Source: Nevskia sp. (lineage in GTDB: Bacteria; Pseudomonadota; Gammaproteobacteria; Nevskiales; Nevskiaceae). Taken from it: a DNA stretch of 64,000 nt. The stretch's first letter is position 1; the number at the start of each line of letters is the position of its first letter. Under the pieces are notes generated by a model. That model was not told where the DNA came from, did not search any database, and saw only the letters and a list, made by a program, of their open reading frames with translations. The position numbers and the translations under genes were made by a program. Location of the stretch: assembly GCA_028291705.1 (NCBI GenBank), contig JAQGNS010000428.1, forward strand, positions 9,255-73,254, read 5' to 3'. Positions 55,967-64,000 of the stretch are shown piece after piece.

Positions 55967-56386
55967 CTAGGTAATACCGACGGAAATCTGCTCCAGGACT
56001 GCCTGGTGCGGCATCAAGATCGCATTCAAGCTCAACACCGACGGAAATTGCTCCTTGGCCAGGACGTTGACGAGATTGCGACTGATGATCTCGCCTTGAT
56101 GCCCCCATAGCTCGGCCTGGTCGGCGATGAACTTTTCGGTGCGTTGCACCGCTTCTGCGACCGTGCCGATCGTTTCAGCCGGTGTGCCTTCAATGGGCCC
56201 GCTCTGAATTAGGTTGCCGACGTAGTAATCTTCTTCGTTGTGCGATGACCTGGCACAGTAAAGCCTGTAAAAAACCACCAGTATCGTCTGCATCTTCGCT
56301 CGATCGACAGTCGCGTTCCCGCGAATTGCTTTTTGATACGCGGCGTGCACGCCCTCCGCCAGAGCCAGCCACTGCTGCTGTGTCAT
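55967..56386 (-). CDS. Hypothetical protein; start uncertain
   Basis: Protein-like stretch from MTQQQWLALAEGVHAAY. The upstream part of the track ORF runs into the repeat and is probably non-coding. Confidence 0.55.
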   Translation of the reverse strand: MTQQQWLALAEGVHAAYQKAIRGNATVDRAKMQTILVVFYRLYCARSSHNEEDYYVGNLIQSGPIEGTPAETIGTVAEAVQRTEKFIADQAELWGHQGEIISRNLVNVLAKEQFPSVLSLNAILMPHQAVLEQISVGIT

Positions 56387-56486
56387 TGAAACCCCCGATA
56401 CGTCGCAGTCCCTCTGCGACGTATCGATTGTGGCTTTGACGATGATCCCAAGTCCAGTACCTGCCGTAAGTTGTGCAGATTTCTGG

Positions 56487-56618
56487 GCCGGCGCAGGTTC
56501 AGACGGTAGACAGCACCGTCTCAACCTAAACGCGCCGGCGGGCGGAGAGCGGCCGGCCTGCGGTTCGGTGCTCGCAAGCTGCGCGCCGCGTCCTCGTCCG
56601 TCCACTCACCGCCCCGGC
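56487..56618 (+). repeat. Structured repeat, copy 2, followed by further hairpins up to about 56830
   Basis: Same core as 54507-54594. Downstream palindromes GGGCAACCGGTTGCCC and GGCGCGAC...GTCGCGCC precede the ParB-like gene. Confidence 0.85.
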
Positions 56619-56903
56619 TGCCGATCCCCGCGGCGGCCGTAGTGGAGTCGCCCGCGGCGACCCATCTGCGCTGCCCGCGCGTGATCTCCGCTCGTTCGGT
56701 TCCCGACGAGCGAAGCGCGCGGCCGACGAGGCGCTGCGCGCCCCTCGCCGGGCGGGGCTGTGACTGTGGCCGGCCCTGCGGGCAACCGGTTGCCCGGTGG
56801 CGCGACCGCGACGCGAGTCGCGCCACACAGGAGAACCGCACTAATCGAAATCCCCGTTGCAGTTAGCAGATCGCTTCTTCTTCTTTCTTTTGGAGATTCA
56901 CAC

Positions 56904-57240
56904 ATGGATATGAGAGCAACCACCACCGGCTAGGAATTGCTGATCCCGCTGACGGCGCTGCGCCCTTCCCGGCGCAACGTCCGCAAGAGCGGCGGCACCC
57001 CGATCCGGCAACTGGCCCGCAGCATCGAGCGGGTTCAATTACTGCACAACCTCGTCGTCACCGAAGCCGGCGACGGTAAGCACTACGACGTGGAGGCCGG
57101 CAAGCGCAGGCTCAAGGCCCTGCAACTGCTGGTGAAGCGCAGGCGCCTGCCGAAAAACCACGCCGTGCGCTGCCTGCTGGTGGCGGACGAAGCGGCGCTG
57201 ACCGCCAGCCTCACCGAGAACACCCAACGCGAGGACATGT
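56904..57240 (+). pseudogene. ParB/Srx-like gene of plasmid/ICE type: nonsense codon and 3' truncation
   Basis: GGAGA RBS, ATG at 56904, in-frame TAG at 56931-56933. Then LIPLTALRPSRRNVRK...LLHNLVV...EAGKRRLKAL...SLTENTQRED; similarity ends near 57240. Confidence 0.8.
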
Positions 57241-57318
57241 TAGGTCATGTTGCTAAGCTGTCCTGCATGACTCCGAAGCGTCATCAGCCGCTGCCAAGCT
57301 GTTTGCAGATCTCCTCTG

Positions 57319-57603
57319 GTGTGCGGCGCAGAGAGCATGCGCGGCGCCTTCATCATCGCCGACTACCGCAATCGCGTGCTGCAGCAGTCGAGCTGGCACA
57401 CTGGCCGGCCTTACGCACGCTCCACCATCAATGATCGCGTGCGGACAATCTGCCGCTTCTACGAGTGGGTGCATCAGCAGGGCCTGGTCCAGGCCAGGCC
57501 CTTTCACTTCGTCGATGTGCGGGTCTGGGGCAGGCCGCGTGAGTCAATGTTGATGCACACCCAGGCGCGGCCGACCGTAACGGAAAAGTACCAGGCCCAT
57601 TGA
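57319..57603 (+). pseudogene. Fragment of a tyrosine-recombinase N-terminal (SAM-like) domain
   Basis: IADYRNRVL...YARSTINDRVRTICRFYEWV pattern; no catalytic domain follows. Confidence 0.55.
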
Positions 57604-57766
57604 GGCCGGCTAAATCTGGAGCTTTGCAGCTCTTGGCTAGGGCCCTGACATTCGTCAAGTCCGGTAAAGCTCAAGCGTCCCTGAGGCCTTTGTAACTACG
57701 GGCCTGTGTCGTTACCAGGCCACCGGATCGCGCTTACGGTGCTCACCTCGTTCGTGCACCTGCCCA

Positions 57767-58189
57767 TCAGATGTCTTCCGCTACAGTCGACGGGAGTGAT
57801 CGCACAGGGCCTGAAACGCGAGCCGCTCCGCGCTCCGCAATCCGTCGATCCATACCGCAGTAACCGTCGCCTCGACGCAGACGAATCCGATCCACCGCGC
57901 GGTCGTTGAGAAATCTGTCGACCGAAGTCAGCAGCCTTTCGTAAACCGGAGGCGTCGAAACGTCCTTGCCTTTTCTGCGCACCCAGAGTTCGTCGCGTCT
58001 CGTTTCTAGTTCAATTAGCCCCTCCTGGCTAAGACCTTCAATGCTCGCAGTGAGATCGGATCGACGCAGCCGGATCGATTCCCAGCGCTCCGTCAGGGTG
58101 TTCAGCGGAATCGCGCCAAACCTGGCGACGTTGTTCTCTTTGAATACTGAATCGAGTACCGCAGAGATGAGAGCCAGGTTAATGTTCAT
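57767..58189 (-). CDS. Uncharacterised protein, paralogue A (GDGYCGMDRR motif)
   Basis: 51 bp downstream of and co-oriented with the diguanylate cyclase; roughly half identical to 60689-61072. Confidence 0.8.
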   Translation of the reverse strand: MNINLALISAVLDSVFKENNVARFGAIPLNTLTERWESIRLRRSDLTASIEGLSQEGLIELETRRDELWVRRKGKDVSTPPVYERLLTSVDRFLNDRAVDRIRLRRGDGYCGMDRRIAERGAARVSGPVRSLPSTVAEDI

Positions 58190-58240
58190 GTCTACTTCCA
58201 AGGTTTAACAACCTATCGAGGTCGGTCAATACCGAAACGG

Positions 58241-59746
58241 CTAGTGGACGTGCGGTTTTGGTTCGTGCAGCGCATTGCGGCGTGCTGCCTCCATCGCTAG
58301 CTTGTTGTCCGCAATCCGCTCCAATTCGCGGCTGAAGCGTCGATATCCATGGCGGCCGGCCAATTTGGTGGCGTACATAGCAGTGTCTGCGTGCTTCAAC
58401 AACAAGTGCGCGACATCACAGTCGTCCGGATAGCAGCTGATGCCGATGCTCACTGTCACTGACAACTTCTGCTCGCCGATGAGGATCGGCGTCGCAATAC
58501 TCTTCACGATCTTGGCCGCAACGCTGTCGGCAGCTGCGTCCTCTGCCAGATCAGAGAGCAGGACCACGAATTCGTCGCCGCCCATGCGCGCTACGGTATC
58601 TACGCCACGCACGGTGGCGAGAATACGCTCGGATACGACCTTCAGTACCTCATCGCCGATGTGATGGCCAAGAGAATCGTTGATGCTTTTGAAGTGATCC
58701 ACGTCCACCACCAACATGCCAACCTTGGTCTTATCTCGCCCCGCGCGAGCCAAAGCCATATTCAACCGGTCGTAGAGCAGCGAGCGATTTGGCAATCCGG
58801 TCAGTTCGTCGTGATGCGCAGCATGCTGGGTGAATTCCTCGCGGCGCCTGCGTTCGCTGATGTCGTAGGCGATGCCGACGAAGCCGCTGATCTCGTCGAG
58901 GTCGTCACGCAGCGCGGTGACCTGAAGGTGAACCGGGAAGCGCGAACCATCCTTGCGGATATAAGTCCATTCGTGCTTTTCGACCAGTCCCGTGCGCGAT
59001 TCATGAACGAAGGTATCGAATCCAGGCTCGATGACTTCACCATACTTCTCAGTCAGTTCGGCCGCGCGCGCGATGATTTCCTGGCGGTCATGCAAATGCT
59101 CAGTCACCGCCTTGCCTATGAGTTCGTTGCGTGTATACGCCAGCATCCGCTCAGTGGCCGGGTTAGTGCTTGTGATCAGCCCGTGCGTGTCGCAGGTGAT
59201 GATGGAGTAGGGAGAGGCGTCCACGATCGCTTCGAGCAGGCGGTTGGATCGCACCAACTTTTGTTCAGCTTGGTGTCGTTCGGTCAGGTCGCGGGTGATC
59301 TTGGAGTAACCGATCAGGTTACTTTCGTGGTCGTGGATCGCAGAGATCAGGACATGGGCCCAAAAGTACGAGCCATCTTTGCGTAAGCGCCATCCCTCTT
59401 CCTGAAAATGCCCGTTCGCCTGCGCCAGTTGCAGCACTTGTGCGGGCCGGCCTGCAAGGATGTCTTCTGGTGGATAAAAACAACCAAAACTCTTGCCGAT
59501 GATTTCTTCCGACGCATAACCCTTGATGCGCCCCACGCCTTCATTCCACGAGATTACGCATCCATCGATGTCAAGCATCAGGATCGCGTAGTCGCCTATA
59601 TTCTCGATCATCCGGCGGAAGTGGCGCTCCGCTTCAGCGTCAGCCTGATCATTCTGACGCCGAGGAACCGGGCTGCGCTTGATCTCGGAGTGAGCGTGTG
59701 GCGGCAAACTTGAATCGGCAGAAAAGCTCGTCGGGTTCTGGTGCAT
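58241..59746 (-). CDS. PAS-PAS-GGDEF diguanylate cyclase
   Basis: Two PAS/PAC units (SWNEGVGRIKGY...WRLRKDGS; YIRKDGSRFPV), HDELTGLPNR, RGVD I-site, RMGGDEF. Start taken at MHQNP. Confidence 0.92.
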   Translation of the reverse strand: MHQNPTSFSADSSLPPHAHSEIKRSPVPRRQNDQADAEAERHFRRMIENIGDYAILMLDIDGCVISWNEGVGRIKGYASEEIIGKSFGCFYPPEDILAGRPAQVLQLAQANGHFQEEGWRLRKDGSYFWAHVLISAIHDHESNLIGYSKITRDLTERHQAEQKLVRSNRLLEAIVDASPYSIITCDTHGLITSTNPATERMLAYTRNELIGKAVTEHLHDRQEIIARAAELTEKYGEVIEPGFDTFVHESRTGLVEKHEWTYIRKDGSRFPVHLQVTALRDDLDEISGFVGIAYDISERRRREEFTQHAAHHDELTGLPNRSLLYDRLNMALARAGRDKTKVGMLVVDVDHFKSINDSLGHHIGDEVLKVVSERILATVRGVDTVARMGGDEFVVLLSDLAEDAAADSVAAKIVKSIATPILIGEQKLSVTVSIGISCYPDDCDVAHLLLKHADTAMYATKLAGRHGYRRFSRELERIADNKLAMEAARRNALHEPKPHVH

Positions 59747-60688
59747 TTCCCCCTTCCGGCCATTAGGGCGGTTTCTTATCGGGGGACTATGCCGGTAACA
59801 GACGAACAAATCGGTTCTTGCCGCCAAACGGGCGCTGATGGCGGACGGGGGGGGCAAACAGTCACGTTCCGGGATCAGCTTTATTGGCATTCAAACGCGA
59901 CACTTACATACCTGCCGCGGACCCGGACCGGCCCGTACAACAGTTGCGGCCGTTATCCACGCCCTGCAACTTTTGCTGCTCCAAGACAATCGCCCGAGAG
60001 CTGCAAGGCTGGTTGACCATTGATTTTGGTCATCCCCCGTCGGGTCACTTTTTGTTGGCACCAGGCGGTTAGGTATGCTGGCGGCGCCGGTCCCGTTGGC
60101 GGCTAGCGCTCAAGTCGCCGACGATCGACAGACAGAGGACACATCGCAATAGTACAGTGCGATGCGCCGTGGACGACGCAAAGTTAGGCTGTGCAAGGAA
60201 TTTGAGCAAAGAGGACATTTCCACAAATGACCTAATACGTACACCCGGCCGACGAATTCGAGGCATTTCAGAAATTGGCCGAGCAAGGCCAGCCCTGAAC
60301 TGCTCGGAATTGCGAATTATCCCAAAGATGCCGACATGTCTGAGCAGCTGCTTTTCCACGCCGACCGTTCCATGTCTCGCGTCAAGCAGAGCGGTGGCGA
60401 CGTAGGCTTCACGACCCTGACTTGTAGGCGAAAAGTGCACAGGACTCGTCGGTTCGGCGAGCTGAGATTTCGTGCAAATTGCGAAGCAAAGACAGCATCA
60501 ATTCGCTTGCCCTGGAAAGCCTGACGTGCTGTACAACGCGTTGGCGGTGACTACAACAGTTACTTGCCAATTGTCAGTTGCTGATTGCCGAATATCGTCG
60601 GAAGCGGTGTTTCCGCCTAATTCCGGTCAATAAGTTAAGCCTGAAATAATTAGTAGCAGTCAATCAATAGTCCGTCGTTGGAGTTGCC

Positions 60689-61072
60689 ATGAAGGTTGAC
60701 CACGAACTCATCTCCGCAGCACTCGATTCGGTGCTCGAGCAGAACAAGGTGACTTCGTTCGGCGCGATCCCGCTGAAGACCCTGGCGGAGCATTGGGAAG
60801 CCATACGGTTGCGCTCGACCGATCTTGCTGCGGGGATCGAGGCCCTGTACGGCGCGGGGTGGATCGACCTGGAGCTGCGGCGCGACGGCCTCTGGGTCCG
60901 TCGTCTGGACAAGGGTGCTGGCGTACACGGCGCCTACGAAAAACTGCGCACCTCGCTCCGCGGCATCGTCATTGGAATCGCGCTGGATCGAATCCATCGG
61001 CGCGGGGGGGACGGTTACTGCGGCATGGACCGGAGGCGGGCATCGCGGGGCTCTGCGGCTGGTCCGGCATAG
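60689..61072 (+). CDS. Uncharacterised protein, paralogue B (GDGYCGMDRR motif)
   Basis: GGAG RBS. Shares LISA.LDSV, FGAIPL, WE.IRLR, LE.RRD.LWVRR and GDGYCGMDRR with paralogue A. Confidence 0.8.
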   Translation: MKVDHELISAALDSVLEQNKVTSFGAIPLKTLAEHWEAIRLRSTDLAAGIEALYGAGWIDLELRRDGLWVRRLDKGAGVHGAYEKLRTSLRGIVIGIALDRIHRRGGDGYCGMDRRRASRGSAAGPA

Positions 61073-61250
61073 CCCCGGTACAGGGTACCGGAGAGCGCTC
61101 CTGAACTGGCGATTGCTGCGACCTTTCCCAGGCGCCACACCGGCAAAAGCCGGATGCCACCGACAAACGTAGGTGCCTGACCGGCGAAAGGTAGCAATGG
61201 GGATATAAGTTCTATAGCCGGACCTGAGTCGGCGACTGGATAGTAGAACC

Positions 61251-64000
61251 ATGCTTCAACATGGGGACATCTTGATCGAACGGGCGGGTGCGGAAATCCT
61301 GAAAGCGGGGCGCCAACTGACCGGCTGCGGCGGGCCTGGCGCGACCGCAATTGCGGGAAACGCCCCGACCGCATTCACTGCGGCAACTCATGTCGGTCCA
61401 GCGACAGCACATCCGCGGACGCTCGGGTGGTTCGGTACCACCGCTATCGCCATGGGCGGCAGCAATCAGAGCCTGTTCATCCTGGGGGCCCTGTTCATCG
61501 GCCAGGACAATATTCTGGGCCAGGGCAGTGCAGCGGTGCCCCTGCTAATCGCCGGCCTCCTGCTTGCCTGGGCAGCGGCCCCGGGGTGGACCGAGCTGGT
61601 CCTGATGTACCCGAACCGGGTCGGCGGCATCGCCGCCAGTTGCACCGAGGCGTTCCGTCCCTATAGCGCGGTGCTCGCCAATCTCACCGGGGTCTGCTAC
61701 TGGTGGGGCTGGGTGCCGACTTGTGGCATTACGGCGATACTCTCGGCTTCGGCGCTGCATCAGTGGTACTTGCCGGCCGTACCGGTGCCCTTGCTGGCGA
61801 GCAGCTTGGTCCTGCTGCTCACCGTGCTCAACCTCTGCGGCATCCGCTGGGTCAGCCGGCTGGCTATTCCCATCGCCAGCGCTTCAGCGCTGATGGCATT
61901 CGCCTCCGGGCTGATCCCGATCCTGGACGGCGCGGTGGACTGGCACCAGGCGACGCACTTCGAACTGACCACGCCGTTCAGCGGCTGGTTCGGTGGCCTC
62001 ACCAGCCTGATGGCCGGACTCTATCTGGTCGGGTTCGCCGCGCCGGCCTTCGAGGCGGCGGCCTGTCATGTCGGTGAAACGGTCAATCCCGAACGCAACG
62101 TGCCCCGCGCCATGCTCGCCAGCGCCGCCCTGGCCGGCATGTATTTCGTCCTGCTGCCGCTGATCTGGCTGGGCACGCTGGGACCGCAGCCGCTGGGCGA
62201 GGATCTGGCGCTGGTGCTCGGGCCGACCTATGCGCCGCTGGTTGGCAACGCCGGCAAGGCGGCCGCGATCTGGTTCATGGTGTTCAGCATGTTCTCCGGC
62301 ACGTTGCAGCCGCTGGCGGGCGCCGCGCGTACCCTGGCACAGCTCTCCGAAGATGGCTTGCTGCCGCGCATCCTGTCGCGTCGCCTACGCACCGATGCGC
62401 CTTGGGCGGCGACCTTGCTGACCGCCGTCATGGCGATCCTGTTCTTGCTGATCGGCGATCCGGTCTGGCTCATCGCCGCAGCTAATTTCACCTACCTGAT
62501 CGGCATCGCCCTGCCCAGCGTGGCGGTGTGGTTGTTGCGCCGCGATGCGCCGCAACTGGCGCGGCCTTATCGCGCGCCGCGCGGCACGCTGGAGCTTGGC
62601 TTGCTGGCAGCGTCGATATGGGGCGTATCGGCGCTCCTCGGCTTCGAGCAATTCGGCCTGCCTACGGTGGTCACCGGATTGGCTTTTGCCTACGCCGGCT
62701 CCGCCCTCTATGCCGCGCGCGTCTATGCAGATCGGCGCCGCGCCGGCTTGCCGGGCGTGGCCTGGGGCCTTCAGCTCAAGCTGACCGGAGCGATGCTGAT
62801 TGTGCTGGCGCTGGATGGGTCAGGTTATCTGCTCGCGGTACGCAATCTGTCGCAGCAGCACAGCGCGTTATTGACGGCCTTGTCGGATATCTTCGTGGCG
62901 GTGGCGATGCTTTCCATCACCGTGGCGCTGGTGTTGCCGGGGATGATTGGGCATTCGGCACACGAGGTCTCCGACGCGGCCAGGAGCCTCACCACCGGCA
63001 CGCTGGCGGAGTTCTCGCGTGCGATGCAGGCGCTGGCGCGCGGTGACATTGACGCGGCGCATGTCAAGGTCGATATCACACCGGTGCGGGTGTACGCGCG
63101 CGACGAAGTCGGCGAAATGGCGGAGAGCTTCAATATCCTGCAAGCTGAAATTGGCCACGCCGTAATCGGACTGGAAGGCGCACGCGAGGGATTGCGTCGG
63201 GCGCGCAGCGAGTTGACCGAGGCCAACAGCTCTTTGGAAAGCCGAGTGCGGCAACTGCACCAGGCCGAGGAAAAGCTCTCGGGCATCCTCGAATCGATCG
63301 ACAATGTGGTGTGGTCGGCTTCCACCGTCAACGGTGAAATGCTCTATATCAACGCAGCCGCTGAAAAAGTGTATGCCCGCCCGATTGCGGATTTCCTTGC
63401 AGACAAGAGCTTGTGGCTCAGCGTCGTCCACTCCGACGATCAGGGCGCCGTTCTGGAATGGCTGAGCGGCGTCGCCAGGCGCGGCCCATCCACGCTGCAG
63501 TACCGCATAATTAGGCCCGACGGACAGGTGCGCTGGCTGGAAGATCGCGCCCACGCCGTCTTCGGCACCGACGGGGCGCCGCTGCGACTGGACGGCGTCT
63601 CGAGCGACATCACCGAGCGCAAGAGCCACGAGGCCGAGATGGCGCACCTGGTCAACCACGACGCTCTCACCGGCCTGCCAAACCGCAACCTGCTTAGTGA
63701 TCGTATCACCCAAGCCCTGGCCCACGCGCGCCGCAGCGAGCGGCCGGTGGCCGTGCTGTTTCTCGATCTCGATGGCTTCAAGTTCATTAACGATAGCTTC
63801 GGCCACACCGTGGGCGACGAGTTGTTGAAGGCCGTCTCGGGGCGATTGGCGGACGCCATCCGCGATGGCGACACAGTAGCGCGCCTGGGCGGCGACGAGT
63901 TCGTGCTGGTGCTGCTGGACATCGCTGATGCCGGCGACGCTGAGACCGTCGCCCAAGGCATCCTGCGGTCGCTGGCGAAACCGATCCTGGCGGAGGGGCA
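61251..64000 (+). CDS. APC amino-acid permease fused to HAMP-like, PAS and GGDEF domains; runs off the window; absent from the ORF track
   Basis: One open frame read by hand from ATG at 61251 (start uncertain): AMGGSNQS, FEAAACHVGETVNPERNVPRAM, DEVGEMAESFN, PAS (VHSDD...YRIIRPDGQVRW), HDALTGLPNR, RDGD I-site, RLGGDEF. Confidence 0.88.
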   Translation, partial: MLQHGDILIERAGAEILKAGRQLTGCGGPGATAIAGNAPTAFTAATHVGPATAHPRTLGWFGTTAIAMGGSNQSLFILGALFIGQDNILGQGSAAVPLLIAGLLLAWAAAPGWTELVLMYPNRVGGIAASCTEAFRPYSAVLANLTGVCYWWGWVPTCGITAILSASALHQWYLPAVPVPLLASSLVLLLTVLNLCGIRWVSRLAIPIASASALMAFASGLIPILDGAVDWHQATHFELTTPFSGWFGGLTSLMAGLYLVGFAAPAFEAAACHVGETVNPERNVPRAMLASAALAGMYFVLLPLIWLGTLGPQPLGEDLALVLGPTYAPLVGNAGKAAAIWFMVFSMFSGTLQPLAGAARTLAQLSEDGLLPRILSRRLRTDAPWAATLLTAVMAILFLLIGDPVWLIAAANFTYLIGIALPSVAVWLLRRDAPQLARPYRAPRGTLELGLLAASIWGVSALLGFEQFGLPTVVTGLAFAYAGSALYAARVYADRRRAGLPGVAWGLQLKLTGAMLIVLALDGSGYLLAVRNLSQQHSALLTALSDIFVAVAMLSITVALVLPGMIGHSAHEVSDAARSLTTGTLAEFSRAMQALARGDIDAAHVKVDITPVRVYARDEVGEMAESFNILQAEIGHAVIGLEGAREGLRRARSELTEANSSLESRVRQLHQAEEKLSGILESIDNVVWSASTVNGEMLYINAAAEKVYARPIADFLADKSLWLSVVHSDDQGAVLEWLSGVARRGPSTLQYRIIRPDGQVRWLEDRAHAVFGTDGAPLRLDGVSSDITERKSHEAEMAHLVNHDALTGLPNRNLLSDRITQALAHARRSERPVAVLFLDLDGFKFINDSFGHTVGDELLKAVSGRLADAIRDGDTVARLGGDEFVLVLLDIADAGDAETVAQGILRSLAKPILAEG

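Larger units (their letters stand above)
9870..64000. mobile_element. Composite genomic island integrated at tRNA-Glu; far end not found in the window
   Basis: Starts at the tRNA 3' end with an integrase. Contains ParA/RHH/VirD4, ParB and tyrosine-recombinase fragments, pseudogenes, and blocks of visibly different base composition. Confidence 0.8.

Noticed and set aside
58222-60630. Shared CGGTCAATA 9-mer upstream of both GDGYCGMDRR paralogues
   Set aside because: Opposite orientation relative to the two genes and different distances; too short to separate from chance.
1-64000. CRISPR arrays, rRNA genes, intact transposases
   Set aside because: No regularly spaced repeats, rRNA-like sequence or complete transposase ORF were recognised.

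Overview
High-GC gammaproteobacterial chromosome. Bases 1-9.87 kb are housekeeping: valS, a lipoprotein, holC, pepA, lptFG, an RDD protein, a MaoC dehydratase and tRNA-Glu(CTC). From the tRNA 3' end to the window end lies a composite, partly decayed genomic island whose far boundary was not found. It opens with a large serine recombinase whose 3' end reads antisense into the tRNA and which is bracketed by two 48-bp att-like sites. A plasmid-like module follows (wHTH initiator candidate, DnaA boxes, ParA, RHH protein, VirD4 coupling protein), with no relaxase or T4SS in view. Cargo includes TetR/hydrolase/RND-efflux blocks; a Mug glycosylase coupled to a DarT-like ADP-ribosyltransferase with no DarG; a perfectly symmetric LexA-box promoter between a membrane protein and a TM + HEPN-like pair; a FecI/FecR/TonB-receptor/S9-peptidase module with a duplicated ECF promoter motif; a 5'-nucleotidase; sdaA; structured 130-bp repeats; and ParB and tyrosine-recombinase debris. 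It ends in a c-di-GMP region where each of two diguanylate cyclases, one fused to an APC amino-acid permease, is paired with a copy of an uncharacterised protein carrying an invariant GDGYCGMDRR motif. Many long ORF-track entries are antisense shadows. Three small genes and the terminal permease-GGDEF gene are missing from the track. All family assignments are by-eye motif recognition; no searches were run.
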